Of a stretch of 64,000 bases of DNA, positions 47,416 through 57,653 are shown in pieces. The DNA lies in IMG/VR virus record IMGVR_UViG_3300042294_002635; one strand, 5' to 3'. The notes beneath the pieces are model-generated. The model saw nothing but the letters and a program-made list of their open reading frames with translations, was not told the DNA's origin and searched no databases. The position numbers and the translations under genes are program-made. Source of the DNA: an uncultured virus (IMG/VR IMGVR_UViG_3300042294_002635) (taxonomy: Duplodnaviria; Heunggongvirae; Uroviricota; Caudoviricetes). Position 1 is the stretch's first letter; every line of letters starts with the position of its first letter.

Positions 47416-49437
47416 ATGACAAACACTGTCAATGTAAACCTAGTCCAGCAAATTCAGGACGACTACCTTGCCTACTCGCTCAGTGTAATCGTGGGGCGAG
47501 CCTTCCCTCGGTACACGGACGGTTGTAAGAGCATCTCTCGGCGCATTGTAACAGCCATGAAGTGGCTCAACTTGAAGCCAGAGGGTCGCTATATGAAAAG
47601 CGCCAGGGTAGAAGGGGAAGTTATGGGTAAATTGAGCCCCCACGGCGGAAGCTACAGCTCTATTGTCACTTTGGCTGCCCCGTGGAATAATATGGCCCCG
47701 CTCGTAGACGGGCACGGAAATTGGGGGTCTTCGACAGACTCTGCGGCGTCGTCAAGGTACACTGAGTGCAAGCTCTCCCCTTTCGCCTGGGACTGCCTCC
47801 TCGACGACTCAGAAACCTGGGAGACGATGCCAAACTACGACGGTACGCTGCAGGAGCCAATCGAGTTGAACGCAAAGATCCCTTACGTTTTGCTCAATGG
47901 CCAAGAGGGCATTGGCGTGGGATACGCCTGTAAAATCGCCTCTCACAGTCTCCGTTCGATTGTTGAAGCAACCAAGCTGGTTTGCAAGGAAGCAACAACG
48001 TTTGAGGCACGCGCAGAGAACCTACGAAAAGCACGGGAGGTTCTCTCCCCTGACTTTCCAACTGGGACCCAGATTGTAAAAGACGATCAGTTGGAACAGT
48101 ACTCACTAACAGGTATTGGCAGCATTCGCTGCATGGCGAAGGTTGAGATTGGTACCCAGACCCGTAGTGGAAAGGCAAAGGACCGTCCTTCCTTAACCTT
48201 CACGAACTTACCGCCAGGAACCAATCCTGAGAAAATCGGTGAGCAAGTGAAAAATGAGGTCGAGAAGGGAAGGATTGAGGGTGTCGCTGAAGTCAATGAC
48301 CTGTCAGATCTTACAGGGGACTGCGTTCAAATTGTGGCCAAGCCCGGTGTGAGCCCGGAAAAGCTAAGAGATCAACTTTACGCCTACACAGACCTTGATT
48401 CCAAGTTCTCAGCGAGAACCTTAGTTATCGACGGCACGAAGCCCATAGAGCTCTCACCGGTGGAAATTGTAGAGAAGTGGGTCTCTTGGAGACTAGGCAG
48501 ACTGCAAGTTAAATTCGAGAATGAGCTCACTCATCGAGAGGCTCGCCTGGAAATTGTTCAGGGACTGCTCAAGGCCATTGACAAGATGGACTTGATTATT
48601 AAGCGTATTCGTGCGGCAAAAGACAAGTCTGAGGCGAAAGTTGCTCTAACGACCGCACCGCTGAAGTTCTCAGATAAGCAAGCTGAGGCCATTCTGGATA
48701 TGCGCTTGCGTCAGCTTACGAACCTTGACCAAAACGACCTTATTGTCGAGGATAACTACCTTCAAGGTCGGATTCAAGAGTTGGAGGAGCTTTCCAGCGA
48801 CGAAACCAGAGGGACTACCGCGAGACAAGTGTATATGCTCAATGAGCTCACTGAAATAGGAAAGCGCCACGGAGAGGCTCGCAGAAGCGCCCTCATAGAC
48901 CCCCCGACTGGCGGTGTGGCCCGTGTTCCGGGGGAAAGCGTGAAGCGCCCTGCAGCCGCACCAAAGCCACGGTTCCTAAAGATTGACTCGAAGAAGGGCA
49001 CTGTTGAGCAGGTGAAAGGGCCACGTGGAGCTCTTGTCGTAGACCCCAAAGACAAGGTTATTCTTATGACTGAGGACGGGACACTGAAAAAGGTGTCAGC
49101 AACCTTCAAGGGAGTTATCTCAACAGCGTACTCCGCTGTTTGCTTGGCGAAGAAGGAGTCTGAGGTTTCTTTGAAAAAATACTTAGTTGTGCTCGAACTC
49201 GACGAGCAGCTCAAGGCACTAACCCTGAGCGGAGAAGATCTTTGCAAGGTGACGAGTAAGGGCAAAAGGTGGCTGCCCGAAGGAGCCACTCTGAGGCATT
49301 TTGGGGAGGGGGGGTTCACTCTAAATTGGGTTTCCACTCGGAAAAAGGCGATCAAACTTGACCTTTCAGTAAAGCTCGGGAAGCCGGGTGGCAAAGGAAT
49401 TAAAGTCGCAAATATAGATGAGGTGAAACTACCTTAG
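47416..49437 (+). CDS. Type IIA topoisomerase subunit A (GyrA/ParC-like)
   Basis: YLAYSLSVIVGRA.P..DG.K...RRI, KSARV.GEVMGK..PHG, GHGNWGS, catalytic SRYTE, PDFPTG, QAEAILDMRLRQLT. Confidence 0.93.
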   Translation: MTNTVNVNLVQQIQDDYLAYSLSVIVGRAFPRYTDGCKSISRRIVTAMKWLNLKPEGRYMKSARVEGEVMGKLSPHGGSYSSIVTLAAPWNNMAPLVDGHGNWGSSTDSAASSRYTECKLSPFAWDCLLDDSETWETMPNYDGTLQEPIELNAKIPYVLLNGQEGIGVGYACKIASHSLRSIVEATKLVCKEATTFEARAENLRKAREVLSPDFPTGTQIVKDDQLEQYSLTGIGSIRCMAKVEIGTQTRSGKAKDRPSLTFTNLPPGTNPEKIGEQVKNEVEKGRIEGVAEVNDLSDLTGDCVQIVAKPGVSPEKLRDQLYAYTDLDSKFSARTLVIDGTKPIELSPVEIVEKWVSWRLGRLQVKFENELTHREARLEIVQGLLKAIDKMDLIIKRIRAAKDKSEAKVALTTAPLKFSDKQAEAILDMRLRQLTNLDQNDLIVEDNYLQGRIQELEELSSDETRGTTARQVYMLNELTEIGKRHGEARRSALIDPPTGGVARVPGESVKRPAAAPKPRFLKIDSKKGTVEQVKGPRGALVVDPKDKVILMTEDGTLKKVSATFKGVISTAYSAVCLAKKESEVSLKKYLVVLELDEQLKALTLSGEDLCKVTSKGKRWLPEGATLRHFGEGGFTLNWVSTRKKAIKLDLSVKLGKPGGKGIKVANIDEVKLP

Positions 49438-49511
49438 GCGAACGGAGTGAAACCGGGTAAAATTGGGTACGGGACTTTACGTAGGATCTTGCCCGGCTAA
49501 ACTCTTAATAG

Positions 49512-50069
49512 TTGAACAGAACCATGACTGTAGTCTATCCGGTTTCCAGGTTACTTTCAAACCCCCGAATTTTCCTAGCTATCTCAAATCATTTGGGGGG
49601 AGTTCTGGATGCAGAGGTACTGAGAGACGTTTTTTACGAACTCTTGGAAGTAGAAATTAACGGGTCTCCTGACGAAGAATGTGAGTTTTCCGCAGAAGAG
49701 GCGTGCTTTGAAGTTGAGGAGGACGGGCTTGTTTACCATATCTACTTTGACACGGGTGCGTCGTTCAAAATCGAAGTTACAGAAGACGGCTTTCACCCTC
49801 AAATTTCCACCGAGTTTGAGTTGGCGACAGCATCTGCAGTGAACAACCGGCTCATCTCAGCAATCGAAGACTCCCACCCGGAGCTCAAAGACGATATTTC
49901 GTTCGAGCACCCCCCAACACCGGGAAACAGCTTCTTAAGTTCAAAAGACGGGGAAGGATTCTCCGGTAGTTTTCACCTTCGATCGGACCCTGACAAAAAG
50001 TTTTCCTTTACAATAACCTCAGTAGACCCTGAGTCTGACCACTTAGAAGCCAAAATCAAACCCCTTTAA
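49512..50069 (+). CDS. Acidic hypothetical protein
   Basis: 185 aa ORF after GGGTAAA motif. Confidence 0.6.
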   Translation: MNRTMTVVYPVSRLLSNPRIFLAISNHLGGVLDAEVLRDVFYELLEVEINGSPDEECEFSAEEACFEVEEDGLVYHIYFDTGASFKIEVTEDGFHPQISTEFELATASAVNNRLISAIEDSHPELKDDISFEHPPTPGNSFLSSKDGEGFSGSFHLRSDPDKKFSFTITSVDPESDHLEAKIKPL

Positions 50070-50081
50070 AGCGAAACACCC

Positions 50082-50948
50082 ATGATGGATAACATAGTGT
50101 TTGCAACCGATAGCATGAGGTCTTCGGTTTCTTCACTTAAGAAAAAAATATCAAATTTCAAGATCAGCATCGAACAACTCAGTTCGGAAGTAGAAAAAAT
50201 TGATACAAAGTTTGACAAGCTTTTAACACAAACTGAGATATACAAGGCTAAGCTAGAACGGGAAATGGGTCGCGAGGTGAGGCGTCTTGAGCTTGAACTT
50301 ACCAAGCTTCGAAAACAAGTGAAAGAGTCACTCCCCCCTGAATCTCCTTTGGAGGACGAGACAGAGCTCGGAATAGCGTCAACACTTGCCGTTATCGAGT
50401 GCCTTCTGAGGCATATCTGCGAAGGAGCAGACGACTTTAGGCTAATGAGCTACGCCTTCCTCTTTCCGGCTGTGATAGAAAGAGTTGCGTCGTTCGACGA
50501 CCCCGCGTACTTGCTGGAAACTCTCCCAGAGTCCGCACAAGTTGTGATTGACCGGGGGAGGCAGTACGTTGCATACCTAAGAGAAGACTGCAAAACTCAC
50601 GTCACAGATCCCGACGCATGGGAGCAATACATAGACCAAGTTACAGACTGGTGGAGGAACGACGCTCTTCCTTTGCTTTACGGGCAACGAGACGAACAAT
50701 GGGACACAGACGTCCCGCTCTCTCTTGTTGAGATTCTAATGTGGCGTGACGAACCGGGTGAGCGACCCCTACACTTCTCACCGATTTTCGACGCCTACGA
50801 AACCTACAAGCTTCACAAAGACGCTGTTTACACAAGCAGCGGTGTTCGAGCTTTCGACCTAAAAATGCACAAATTCGACTCCGGAGCCCCCGAGGAAGAA
50901 GTGAAGCCCCCAGTCATTCTGGCACGACCTGTTTACAGGAAGCCCTAA
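50082..50948 (+). CDS. Hypothetical protein with N-terminal coiled coil
   Basis: 288 aa ORF immediately upstream of the polymerase. Confidence 0.7.
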   Translation: MMDNIVFATDSMRSSVSSLKKKISNFKISIEQLSSEVEKIDTKFDKLLTQTEIYKAKLEREMGREVRRLELELTKLRKQVKESLPPESPLEDETELGIASTLAVIECLLRHICEGADDFRLMSYAFLFPAVIERVASFDDPAYLLETLPESAQVVIDRGRQYVAYLREDCKTHVTDPDAWEQYIDQVTDWWRNDALPLLYGQRDEQWDTDVPLSLVEILMWRDEPGERPLHFSPIFDAYETYKLHKDAVYTSSGVRAFDLKMHKFDSGAPEEEVKPPVILARPVYRKP

Positions 50949-50997
50949 AGTTACGGCAACACCCCCAAGATAAACTAAACCATAACAATTCAACGAC

Positions 50998-53928
50998 ATG
51001 AGAACCAGCGAACTCGGCTACCCTGTCCTGTCTACTCCACTGCACAATAAGGTTTTCGGCAGACAAAAGGCAGCTTCAATGGGAGTTAAGGCACGTCAAA
51101 AGGCCGAACGACTCTTAAAGCAATTTGGAATATCTGTCCCTGTTGATCACCCTGACAACCTATACGATGGCCCCTTGCCCCTTCCAAGCTTAAGGGGGGG
51201 CACTTTACAGGAGCACTTTGAGAATATAGCAACAGAGCAGGTAGGGGTGTACAAAAACCTTGCGAATTCTCTAGCGGGGTGCAAACTCCCAAAACTCCCT
51301 GCAGTTTCCGACTTCGTCTATCAGGCGGGATGGACACGCTATGAGTTTGTAGACGGAAAGTTTCTTGTAGAGTCCGTACCATACCCACTCGAAGAAGCTT
51401 TCACGTACGACACTGAAACCTTCGTGAAAGCGGGTGCGTTTCCGATTATTGGGACGGCGCTAAGTGAAAAAGCAACCTACATTTGGCTCGCGGCAGAGCT
51501 TATTGACCCAACCATACCGGAGGAAGAGTGGGACCAACACGATCTCATTCCCATTGGGGAGAACAGGTTTGTAGCGGGACACAATATTAGCTACGACCGA
51601 GTGAGAACACGGGAAGGATACTCACTTAGCCGTAACAAGCCTGAAAACTTCTACTTTGACACACTCTCCGCGCATATCGGAGTGTCGGGTTTGGCTTCAG
51701 GTCAACGGTGGTTGTACCTTCTTGCGGCAAAAGACCCCGAAAACCTGACTGAAGAGGAAAAGAGAAAACTCAGGTATGCACCAAAGTGGCTAGACGAGGG
51801 CTCAACAAACAGCTTGGTGCAATGCTACAACTTTCACGTTTACGAGGTTCGTAAGTACTTTGGCGATGAGACTGTCCGTCCACTCAACCAAGGGGACAAA
51901 AAGATACGAGACATTTTCGTAGACGCTACGCATATCTCGCAAATCACAGCGGTTCTTGAGAAGGCTGTAGAGTACGCGGTGAGGGATGCATTTTACACAG
52001 CGGAGCTTTTTCAGGCTTTGTGGCCGAAGTATCTCGACAGTACACCGTCAATGGTTGGACTTTGTGGTCACTACCACCTGAACGGATCAGTCGTCCCCTT
52101 GGTGGAAGACTGGGCTGAGTGGATTCAGAACACAGAAAGAGTGTTCCATGAGCACAGCCAGGAAATGACTGAGTTGTGCAGGGAGCTTGTGTGGAAAACG
52201 TACAACGAGTGGAAGACTGTCCTTAACAGCGTGGAGGACCCGGAGCGGGGCCTCGCGAAAGCACAGGAATGGACAGAACATGACCCCTGGGTGTCCCAGC
52301 TTAATTGGGAGCTTCGGAGCAGAAAAGGCAAGTACGCTTGGGTTCCCTCGTGGGTTCAACCCTTTGTGAAAGACCCTCAACAGCACATCGGAGTAAAGTC
52401 GCAATTGGCGCACTTGCTGTTGAAGCTCAAATATGAGGGATCACCTATTATTCAAACCAAAACAGAGGGTTGGTGCTACTACGATGGAACGGGTGGCCTT
52501 GTGAAAGTCCCCCACCCAAAAGGAACTGGAGACAATACCGGAGTGTTACTCAGCAAGGACTTTGTCCAAGATATGGAAACCGGGAGGCTAAGTAGCGATC
52601 TCCCTGAAGCTAAGAGAGCTCTGGAGATTTCAAACGCTATTTCTTACTGGACTTCTGTTCGTAAGCGGGTGATGGATCGGATATTCCTTGATACTGAAAA
52701 CCCGCTTGGTTCGTCCGCTCTCGTGACTCTTCCCGAGATTCTCTGCCACGGGACGGTAACTCGAAGAACCGTTGAAAGCTTGATGGCAACCATGTGCTCC
52801 ACGAAAAACTGGAGAATTGGCACGGAGCTGAAAACACGAGTGCAGGCCCCCGAAGGCTGGAAAATTGTAAGCGCCGACTACGATGGTCAAGAGCTTCAGA
52901 TCGCATCCATATACAGCGATACTTGGGAGGGTGGCTTTGTCGGATGCTCGCCGATGGGCTACAATGTCCTGTCAGGATCCAAGGAAAACGGCACTGATCC
53001 TCACACCGCTCTTGCTCGTGCTATTCTCCCTGAGATGTATAGGGGGCTTGTGTGGGACAGGAAGCTAGGAATTTGTTACAGTCATGAGAGTGAACCGTTG
53101 AATGTACCAAATTGTGTAAAGGCTGGAGAAAAATGGTTAAGCCCAATTGAACCCCAGTTGTACAAACTCCTGGCGAAAGCCAGAGACCTGAGCAAGATTG
53201 TAGGCTTCGCAACCTTGTACGGAGGTAGCGTAAGAGCCCTAAGCACTCCAATTCGACGAACTTTTCCTGAGAAAGGGGAGAGAGAAGTTAAGGATTTCGC
53301 ACTGAAAGCACTGTCATCGAAAAAGGGGGTACTGGTGAACGGAGTGTATGAAGGTGGTTCTGACTCCGGCGCATTCAACTTGATGGAGCAAATCTCCATG
53401 AAGACAAAGGTTCCTCAGCTGCCTTGCCTTGGTACCAAAATTTCCACTGCAATGCGACCTGCGGCAGTTGGCACCGAATTTAGGACAGGACGCACAAACT
53501 GGGCCATTCAAGCATCGGGTGCCGAAATTCTATCTATAACGCTCACGGCTGTCGCGTGGCTAGCGGAAGAGTACAAAATCCCCTACCGCTTCATTATCAG
53601 CATCCATGATGAACTCCACTTCATGACCCCTGAGAGGTACGCCACTCAGTTTGCCGTGCTGTTCCAAATCGCCCACCTTTATACCTGGGCGAATTTTCAC
53701 AGCGCGATGGATATACCGGAGCTTCCACTTAGTCGTGCGTTCTTCTCCTCAGTAGCAATTGACTCTCGGATTCGTAAATCCCCGAAAGAGTGTACGGTTA
53801 CACCTTCAAACCCCCACGGTGCGAAAGAACCTAACGGAGTTGAGTACTCGATGACCGAACTCGGTGAGACTGGGGCTGTAGACAAGCTAAAGACACGATA
53901 CGAAGCTATTCAAAAAGGACTGATTTGA
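50998..53928 (+). CDS. Family A DNA polymerase, mitochondrial Pol-gamma-like
   Basis: Exo YDTET, GHNISYDRVR, FDTLSAHIGVSGL; GTVTRRTVE; motif A APEGWKIVSADYDGQEL; motif B RDLSKIVGFATLYG; NWAIQASG; motif C ISIHDE; AFFSSVAID...RK. Confidence 0.93.
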   Translation: MRTSELGYPVLSTPLHNKVFGRQKAASMGVKARQKAERLLKQFGISVPVDHPDNLYDGPLPLPSLRGGTLQEHFENIATEQVGVYKNLANSLAGCKLPKLPAVSDFVYQAGWTRYEFVDGKFLVESVPYPLEEAFTYDTETFVKAGAFPIIGTALSEKATYIWLAAELIDPTIPEEEWDQHDLIPIGENRFVAGHNISYDRVRTREGYSLSRNKPENFYFDTLSAHIGVSGLASGQRWLYLLAAKDPENLTEEEKRKLRYAPKWLDEGSTNSLVQCYNFHVYEVRKYFGDETVRPLNQGDKKIRDIFVDATHISQITAVLEKAVEYAVRDAFYTAELFQALWPKYLDSTPSMVGLCGHYHLNGSVVPLVEDWAEWIQNTERVFHEHSQEMTELCRELVWKTYNEWKTVLNSVEDPERGLAKAQEWTEHDPWVSQLNWELRSRKGKYAWVPSWVQPFVKDPQQHIGVKSQLAHLLLKLKYEGSPIIQTKTEGWCYYDGTGGLVKVPHPKGTGDNTGVLLSKDFVQDMETGRLSSDLPEAKRALEISNAISYWTSVRKRVMDRIFLDTENPLGSSALVTLPEILCHGTVTRRTVESLMATMCSTKNWRIGTELKTRVQAPEGWKIVSADYDGQELQIASIYSDTWEGGFVGCSPMGYNVLSGSKENGTDPHTALARAILPEMYRGLVWDRKLGICYSHESEPLNVPNCVKAGEKWLSPIEPQLYKLLAKARDLSKIVGFATLYGGSVRALSTPIRRTFPEKGEREVKDFALKALSSKKGVLVNGVYEGGSDSGAFNLMEQISMKTKVPQLPCLGTKISTAMRPAAVGTEFRTGRTNWAIQASGAEILSITLTAVAWLAEEYKIPYRFIISIHDELHFMTPERYATQFAVLFQIAHLYTWANFHSAMDIPELPLSRAFFSSVAIDSRIRKSPKECTVTPSNPHGAKEPNGVEYSMTELGETGAVDKLKTRYEAIQKGLI

Positions 53929-54151
53929 GACTAACTATGAAAACACCCATCAAGATCAAAAAGCCACGAGTTCAATCCGCAGACATATACCCATGCAGAA
54001 CAAAAGTAGGCATGTACTGGTGGCCGATCCCGTTTGACAAGAACGGAAGATTCATCCCGTCGTCTGTGGACTGTTTGTATTCACAAGAGTACTTCTCCCA
54101 AGGTGATGCAATTCGCATGCTTCGTTCTCTATAACTAACAAGAGCTTAATT

Positions 54152-54628
54152 GTGGGACACTACTTAGAAAAGCTACTAAAGTGGTTGGGGTTTGGTTCTG
54201 ATAAAAGGGACTCAGTTTGCGCAGATTCGGGTAGCTCTATCGAGTTTTTAGAAAGCTGTGACGACTTTCTTGAGTGGGTGAATAACCCGACCACGTCTAT
54301 CGCCGATCTTGAAAATTACGGAAAAGACAATCCCATAACATTTTTTGATAAAACCCTAACTTTCCCACCAAACCCCTCGAAAGGGCAAATATACCACTGT
54401 CCAGCCGAGGGTAGGAGGTATATTTGGATGGAGACCGCGAGTAGCTCAAACTGGGTGCCCCTGCTCGACCAAGCTTGTGTCTCACCCTTGGGAAGTCTTG
54501 TGCAGGGGTCCGGTGGTGCAGGTGGTGCTGGCGTAGTTAGTCTTATGCAGGGGTCCGGTGGTGCAGGTGGTGCTGGCGTAGTTAGTCTTATGCAGGGGTC
54601 CGGTGGCGCGGCGGGTGCGGCGGGGTAG
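54152..54628 (+). CDS. Hypothetical protein with Gly-rich tandem repeat tail
   Basis: SL(V/M)QGSGGAGGAGVV, about 2.5 copies. Confidence 0.55.
   Translation: MGHYLEKLLKWLGFGSDKRDSVCADSGSSIEFLESCDDFLEWVNNPTTSIADLENYGKDNPITFFDKTLTFPPNPSKGQIYHCPAEGRRYIWMETASSSNWVPLLDQACVSPLGSLVQGSGGAGGAGVVSLMQGSGGAGGAGVVSLMQGSGGAAGAAG
54495..54607 (+). repeat. 45-bp in-frame tandem repeat
   Basis: TGCAGGGGTCCGGTGG recurs at 54501, 54546 and 54591. Confidence 0.9.
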
Positions 54629-54786
54629 AGCTCGCGTATACTCCGTGGAACTACCTACCACCCACAAAAGCTGTTACAATTCTGGCGCACGAGAGCGGCG
54701 ACAGCAACCACCCACCTTCAGGATCCTACATAGATGGTTCCACATGGGTTCACCCGTCGTCAGAAGAATCCCACCGACTTGTACTT

Positions 54787-55335
54787 GTGGTGAAAGAGGG
54801 TAAGTGGCGAGTCCACGGCCAGGAGGGTGCGTTGTCATTCTTAAGACTAGAGTCCTACTTGCGTTTGTACCCCAACACAAGATTCAGTACTTACCTAACA
54901 AACACGCAAATTAGAGACGCTGTGAAGTTACTCTTGCTCAACACCCTTGGAAGTTTGGATCTCTTGGAATACAACATTTTAACTAAGCAGTTTGTATTTG
55001 GGGATGGGGACAAGACCTTGTGCCTACCTGAGGAGTCTTTGCACGATATGACTCCTTCTCTCTTTGTCGAGGGGATAGAAAAGGCCCGAATAGAGAAGGG
55101 GTGGAAGGGAATGGAGTACTACCACTGGCTAGAGCGACAACCACTAACAAAACTCAATTCTCAAGAAAAACATCGGTTGAGGGAACAGCAGAAAAAGATA
55201 CAAGAACAGACTCACAGAGTGTTGCGTCTAGAGAAGCAGTCGAATGACTCACGAAAGAAGCGTGAACAAGAGGGGCGCGAAACTTCGCAAAGTGTGCTAA
55301 GATCTCTGGCGAAAGTCAGGGACTTGTCGTCGTAG
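54787..55335 (+). CDS. Hypothetical protein
   Basis: 182 aa ORF. Confidence 0.55.
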   Translation: MVKEGKWRVHGQEGALSFLRLESYLRLYPNTRFSTYLTNTQIRDAVKLLLLNTLGSLDLLEYNILTKQFVFGDGDKTLCLPEESLHDMTPSLFVEGIEKARIEKGWKGMEYYHWLERQPLTKLNSQEKHRLREQQKKIQEQTHRVLRLEKQSNDSRKKREQEGRETSQSVLRSLAKVRDLSS

Positions 55336-55611
55336 TGTTTCAACCTTATTCCGAATACCACTTACTCACTCACACTCAAAATGCCGTTCCCACTCCCCCT
55401 AGACCCTGACTTTCGGAAAGAAGTCATACAGAGTTGGATCGAAGACATTTACGATCGCCTAGGTGGTGGTGACGTAGAAAGTGCGAAGAAAAGTTGGGAA
55501 ATAGCAAATAAGCTTTATCTCTCCCTCCCAGCTGGGCAGGGGGATTTTTTCATTGAGGAAAGGCTCTTAGAAGCTAGGGTAAAACTAGAGCGGTAAAGAT
55601 ACAACATCACC

Positions 55612-55935
55612 ATGCGAACTGTAACTACAGAACCAAACCCACCCGCAGAACCAAACACCAGACACGATCTTCTAACCTTTAGCGGAGCCTTGTCGGACGG
55701 AAGGCAGATCACAGTTCGTGAAATGACTGGACGAGACCTGCTCTATATCGAGGACGAGTTGTCGGCACTCGGGGAGACACGGCAGAGCTTTCACCTTGTT
55801 GAACGACTAAACGTGGGGCCTGAAAAAGTGTCCTTTGACGAAGTTGCAGACATGGGTGCTCGAGACCTGAAGGTTGTAGTCGGGTTGATTAAACAGGCTA
55901 ACGGGTCCGAAGAAGGAAAGAAAGACCCAAAATAA
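55612..55935 (+). CDS. Tail assembly chaperone (short product)
   Basis: LSDGRQITVREMTGRDL...E...ERL...DE...M.ARDL; ends in slippery C-CCA-AAA-TAA. Confidence 0.75.
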   Translation: MRTVTTEPNPPAEPNTRHDLLTFSGALSDGRQITVREMTGRDLLYIEDELSALGETRQSFHLVERLNVGPEKVSFDEVADMGARDLKVVVGLIKQANGSEEGKKDPK

Positions 55936-56357
55936 CCGTTGAAGAACTCGAAGACTTTTCCTTTTTAGTCTCAGTAGGGCGAAACAAGGCAGTTCATGTT
56001 CGGGACATTGTCCCGAAAGACTTTATCTTCGCCAGAGTTCTACAAGACAAGGGTTTAAGTGCTATGGGGCTACTTGCCAGGTTAATTAAGAACCCTGAAA
56101 GTCTTGAGACTTTATCTTCCACCAACTTTCGAGCCCTCTACAAGTGGGTCACTGATAATATTCTCAACGAGAGTATTCTCACTCCGGAAAGTTGGATGGA
56201 GATTTCGTTTCACTTGAACAAGCAACGCTGGGACGGCGGAATAGACTGGTTGGACTCTCAACCAATGGCACGAATAAAGCGCATGATCGAAATAAACCAG
56301 AAAGTTGCTGAGCAGCAGCAAGACGAGATCAAAAAGTCAAGGAGAGCAGGCCGCTAA
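55926..56357 (+). CDS. -1 frameshift extension of the tail assembly chaperone
   Basis: -1 frame is open from the slippery site through ORF 56064-56357. Confidence 0.7.
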   Translation, partial: PKITVEELEDFSFLVSVGRNKAVHVRDIVPKDFIFARVLQDKGLSAMGLLARLIKNPESLETLSSTNFRALYKWVTDNILNESILTPESWMEISFHLNKQRWDGGIDWLDSQPMARIKRMIEINQKVAEQQQDEIKKSRRAGR

Positions 56358-56767
56358 TGTTCAAGTTTAGCCTAAGAACACCTTTCAGAGGTGAGCCATT
56401 CAACCCGAATTGGTGGGAACCAACGAAGTTAGAGTGGGCGCCTGTACTCCTGAACGAAAACAAGCCGTACTGGAAGAACCAGACTGACACGAACGGTCGA
56501 GCCTGGCGCCCACTTACAACACAGTACCGTGCTTGGAAGAGAAAGCAGTACGGCGATCTCCCAATTCTCAGGGTAACAGGAAAGATGCAGGATACTGCAA
56601 AAGTCTTATCTTACCTTAAAAACGATCGCTTTGCGGTCCTTACAACTAGTGTAGGACCCTACCACCAGTTTGGTACAAAAAACATGGCTGCAAGGCCGTG
56701 GATGGGGGTGCCTAAGTCATCTCTCGAAAAACTTTCAGGAATCGCCTGGAAACACATTCTCAATTAA
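56357..56767 (+). CDS. Phage virion morphogenesis protein (Mu gpG / P2 gpS-like)
   Basis: G..W.PL...Y...K, IL..TG.M, YHQFGTKNMAARPWMG. Confidence 0.8.
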   Translation: MFKFSLRTPFRGEPFNPNWWEPTKLEWAPVLLNENKPYWKNQTDTNGRAWRPLTTQYRAWKRKQYGDLPILRVTGKMQDTAKVLSYLKNDRFAVLTTSVGPYHQFGTKNMAARPWMGVPKSSLEKLSGIAWKHILN

Positions 56768-56776
56768 CTCATCACC

Positions 56777-57190
56777 ATGACAAAGACAAGAGCTAAGGAC
56801 GACAAGGGACAATTTCTTGGAGACAACCCCGCAACGCCGGACGTAGACGAGGCGTGGGTCGAAGACAAGAGCGAAGTTGCACCTGCCGAGGGGAACAACG
56901 CCGATTCAACCGTTGAGGACAAGGTTGAGAAACTGTCGCAAGAGCCCGCCACGGTGGAGCTTAAGACATCTGAAACGACCGCAGTGAAAGAAAAGCAGAG
57001 CAAGGAGTCCATTGAAGCTTCCGTACAAGAAAAGCTCTCAAAAAGACTAGACGGTGAAGTAGACCCCTTCATCCCGTCGGCACAGCTTCAAAAGGAAGTT
57101 AAAGAGATTGCAAGTCAGGAGGGTTTCCAACTCACACGTGGAACCGAAGCTGGTGCGGCTCTCATGGCCCGCGCACGTAGGTCTGCTTAA
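56777..57190 (+). CDS. Hypothetical protein
   Basis: RAKDDKGQFLGDNPATPDVDEAW motif, recalled from phage structural regions. Confidence 0.65.
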   Translation: MTKTRAKDDKGQFLGDNPATPDVDEAWVEDKSEVAPAEGNNADSTVEDKVEKLSQEPATVELKTSETTAVKEKQSKESIEASVQEKLSKRLDGEVDPFIPSAQLQKEVKEIASQEGFQLTRGTEAGAALMARARRSA

Positions 57191-57192
57191 TC

Positions 57193-57555
57193 GTGAAATC
57201 ATTTGTCTTCCAACCTGGAATGACATGGAGAAAGCTAGGGTACGGGTTTCACTCGGACTCCTTGGCTTACCGTGAAGTTCTAAACTACAACCCCAAGTGG
57301 TCTGTCGTCGAGCTTCCCCCTCCAGGGACAGTTCTTCAAGAGGGGGCAAACACAGCAGGGTCAGGGGCATCACAGCAGTCCCCAATATTCGGTAGAAGTT
57401 CAGGGCAGACATCCTTGGACTTCTACCCCTTTTCAAGCGAAGCAGAATACTTTTTGTCCTTGTCATCCTACAATCGGTCCGCCCTTCGTGAAGTGAGCAG
57501 GTTGAACGGGTGGTCACTCGATAGCTCCGAAGTTGTTACCGGACAGGTAGGGTAA
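57193..57555 (+). CDS. Tail X / LysM-like baseplate protein
   Basis: QPGMTWRKLGY......YREVLNYNP.....PPGTVL. Confidence 0.55.
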   Translation: MKSFVFQPGMTWRKLGYGFHSDSLAYREVLNYNPKWSVVELPPPGTVLQEGANTAGSGASQQSPIFGRSSGQTSLDFYPFSSEAEYFLSLSSYNRSALREVSRLNGWSLDSSEVVTGQVG

Positions 57556-57653
57556 AACCTCTAGGTATACACCCTAAACCTTTGGCCTACGGGCACCACC
57601 GCCGGACTTATCCTCGCCGGCACAAAGGTAAGGAAAAGGAGGAATCTACCCAA

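Noticed and set aside
54495..54607. 45-bp tandem repeat as a mini-CRISPR or replication origin
   Set aside because: Units are contiguous with no spacers and in frame, encoding a Gly-rich tail
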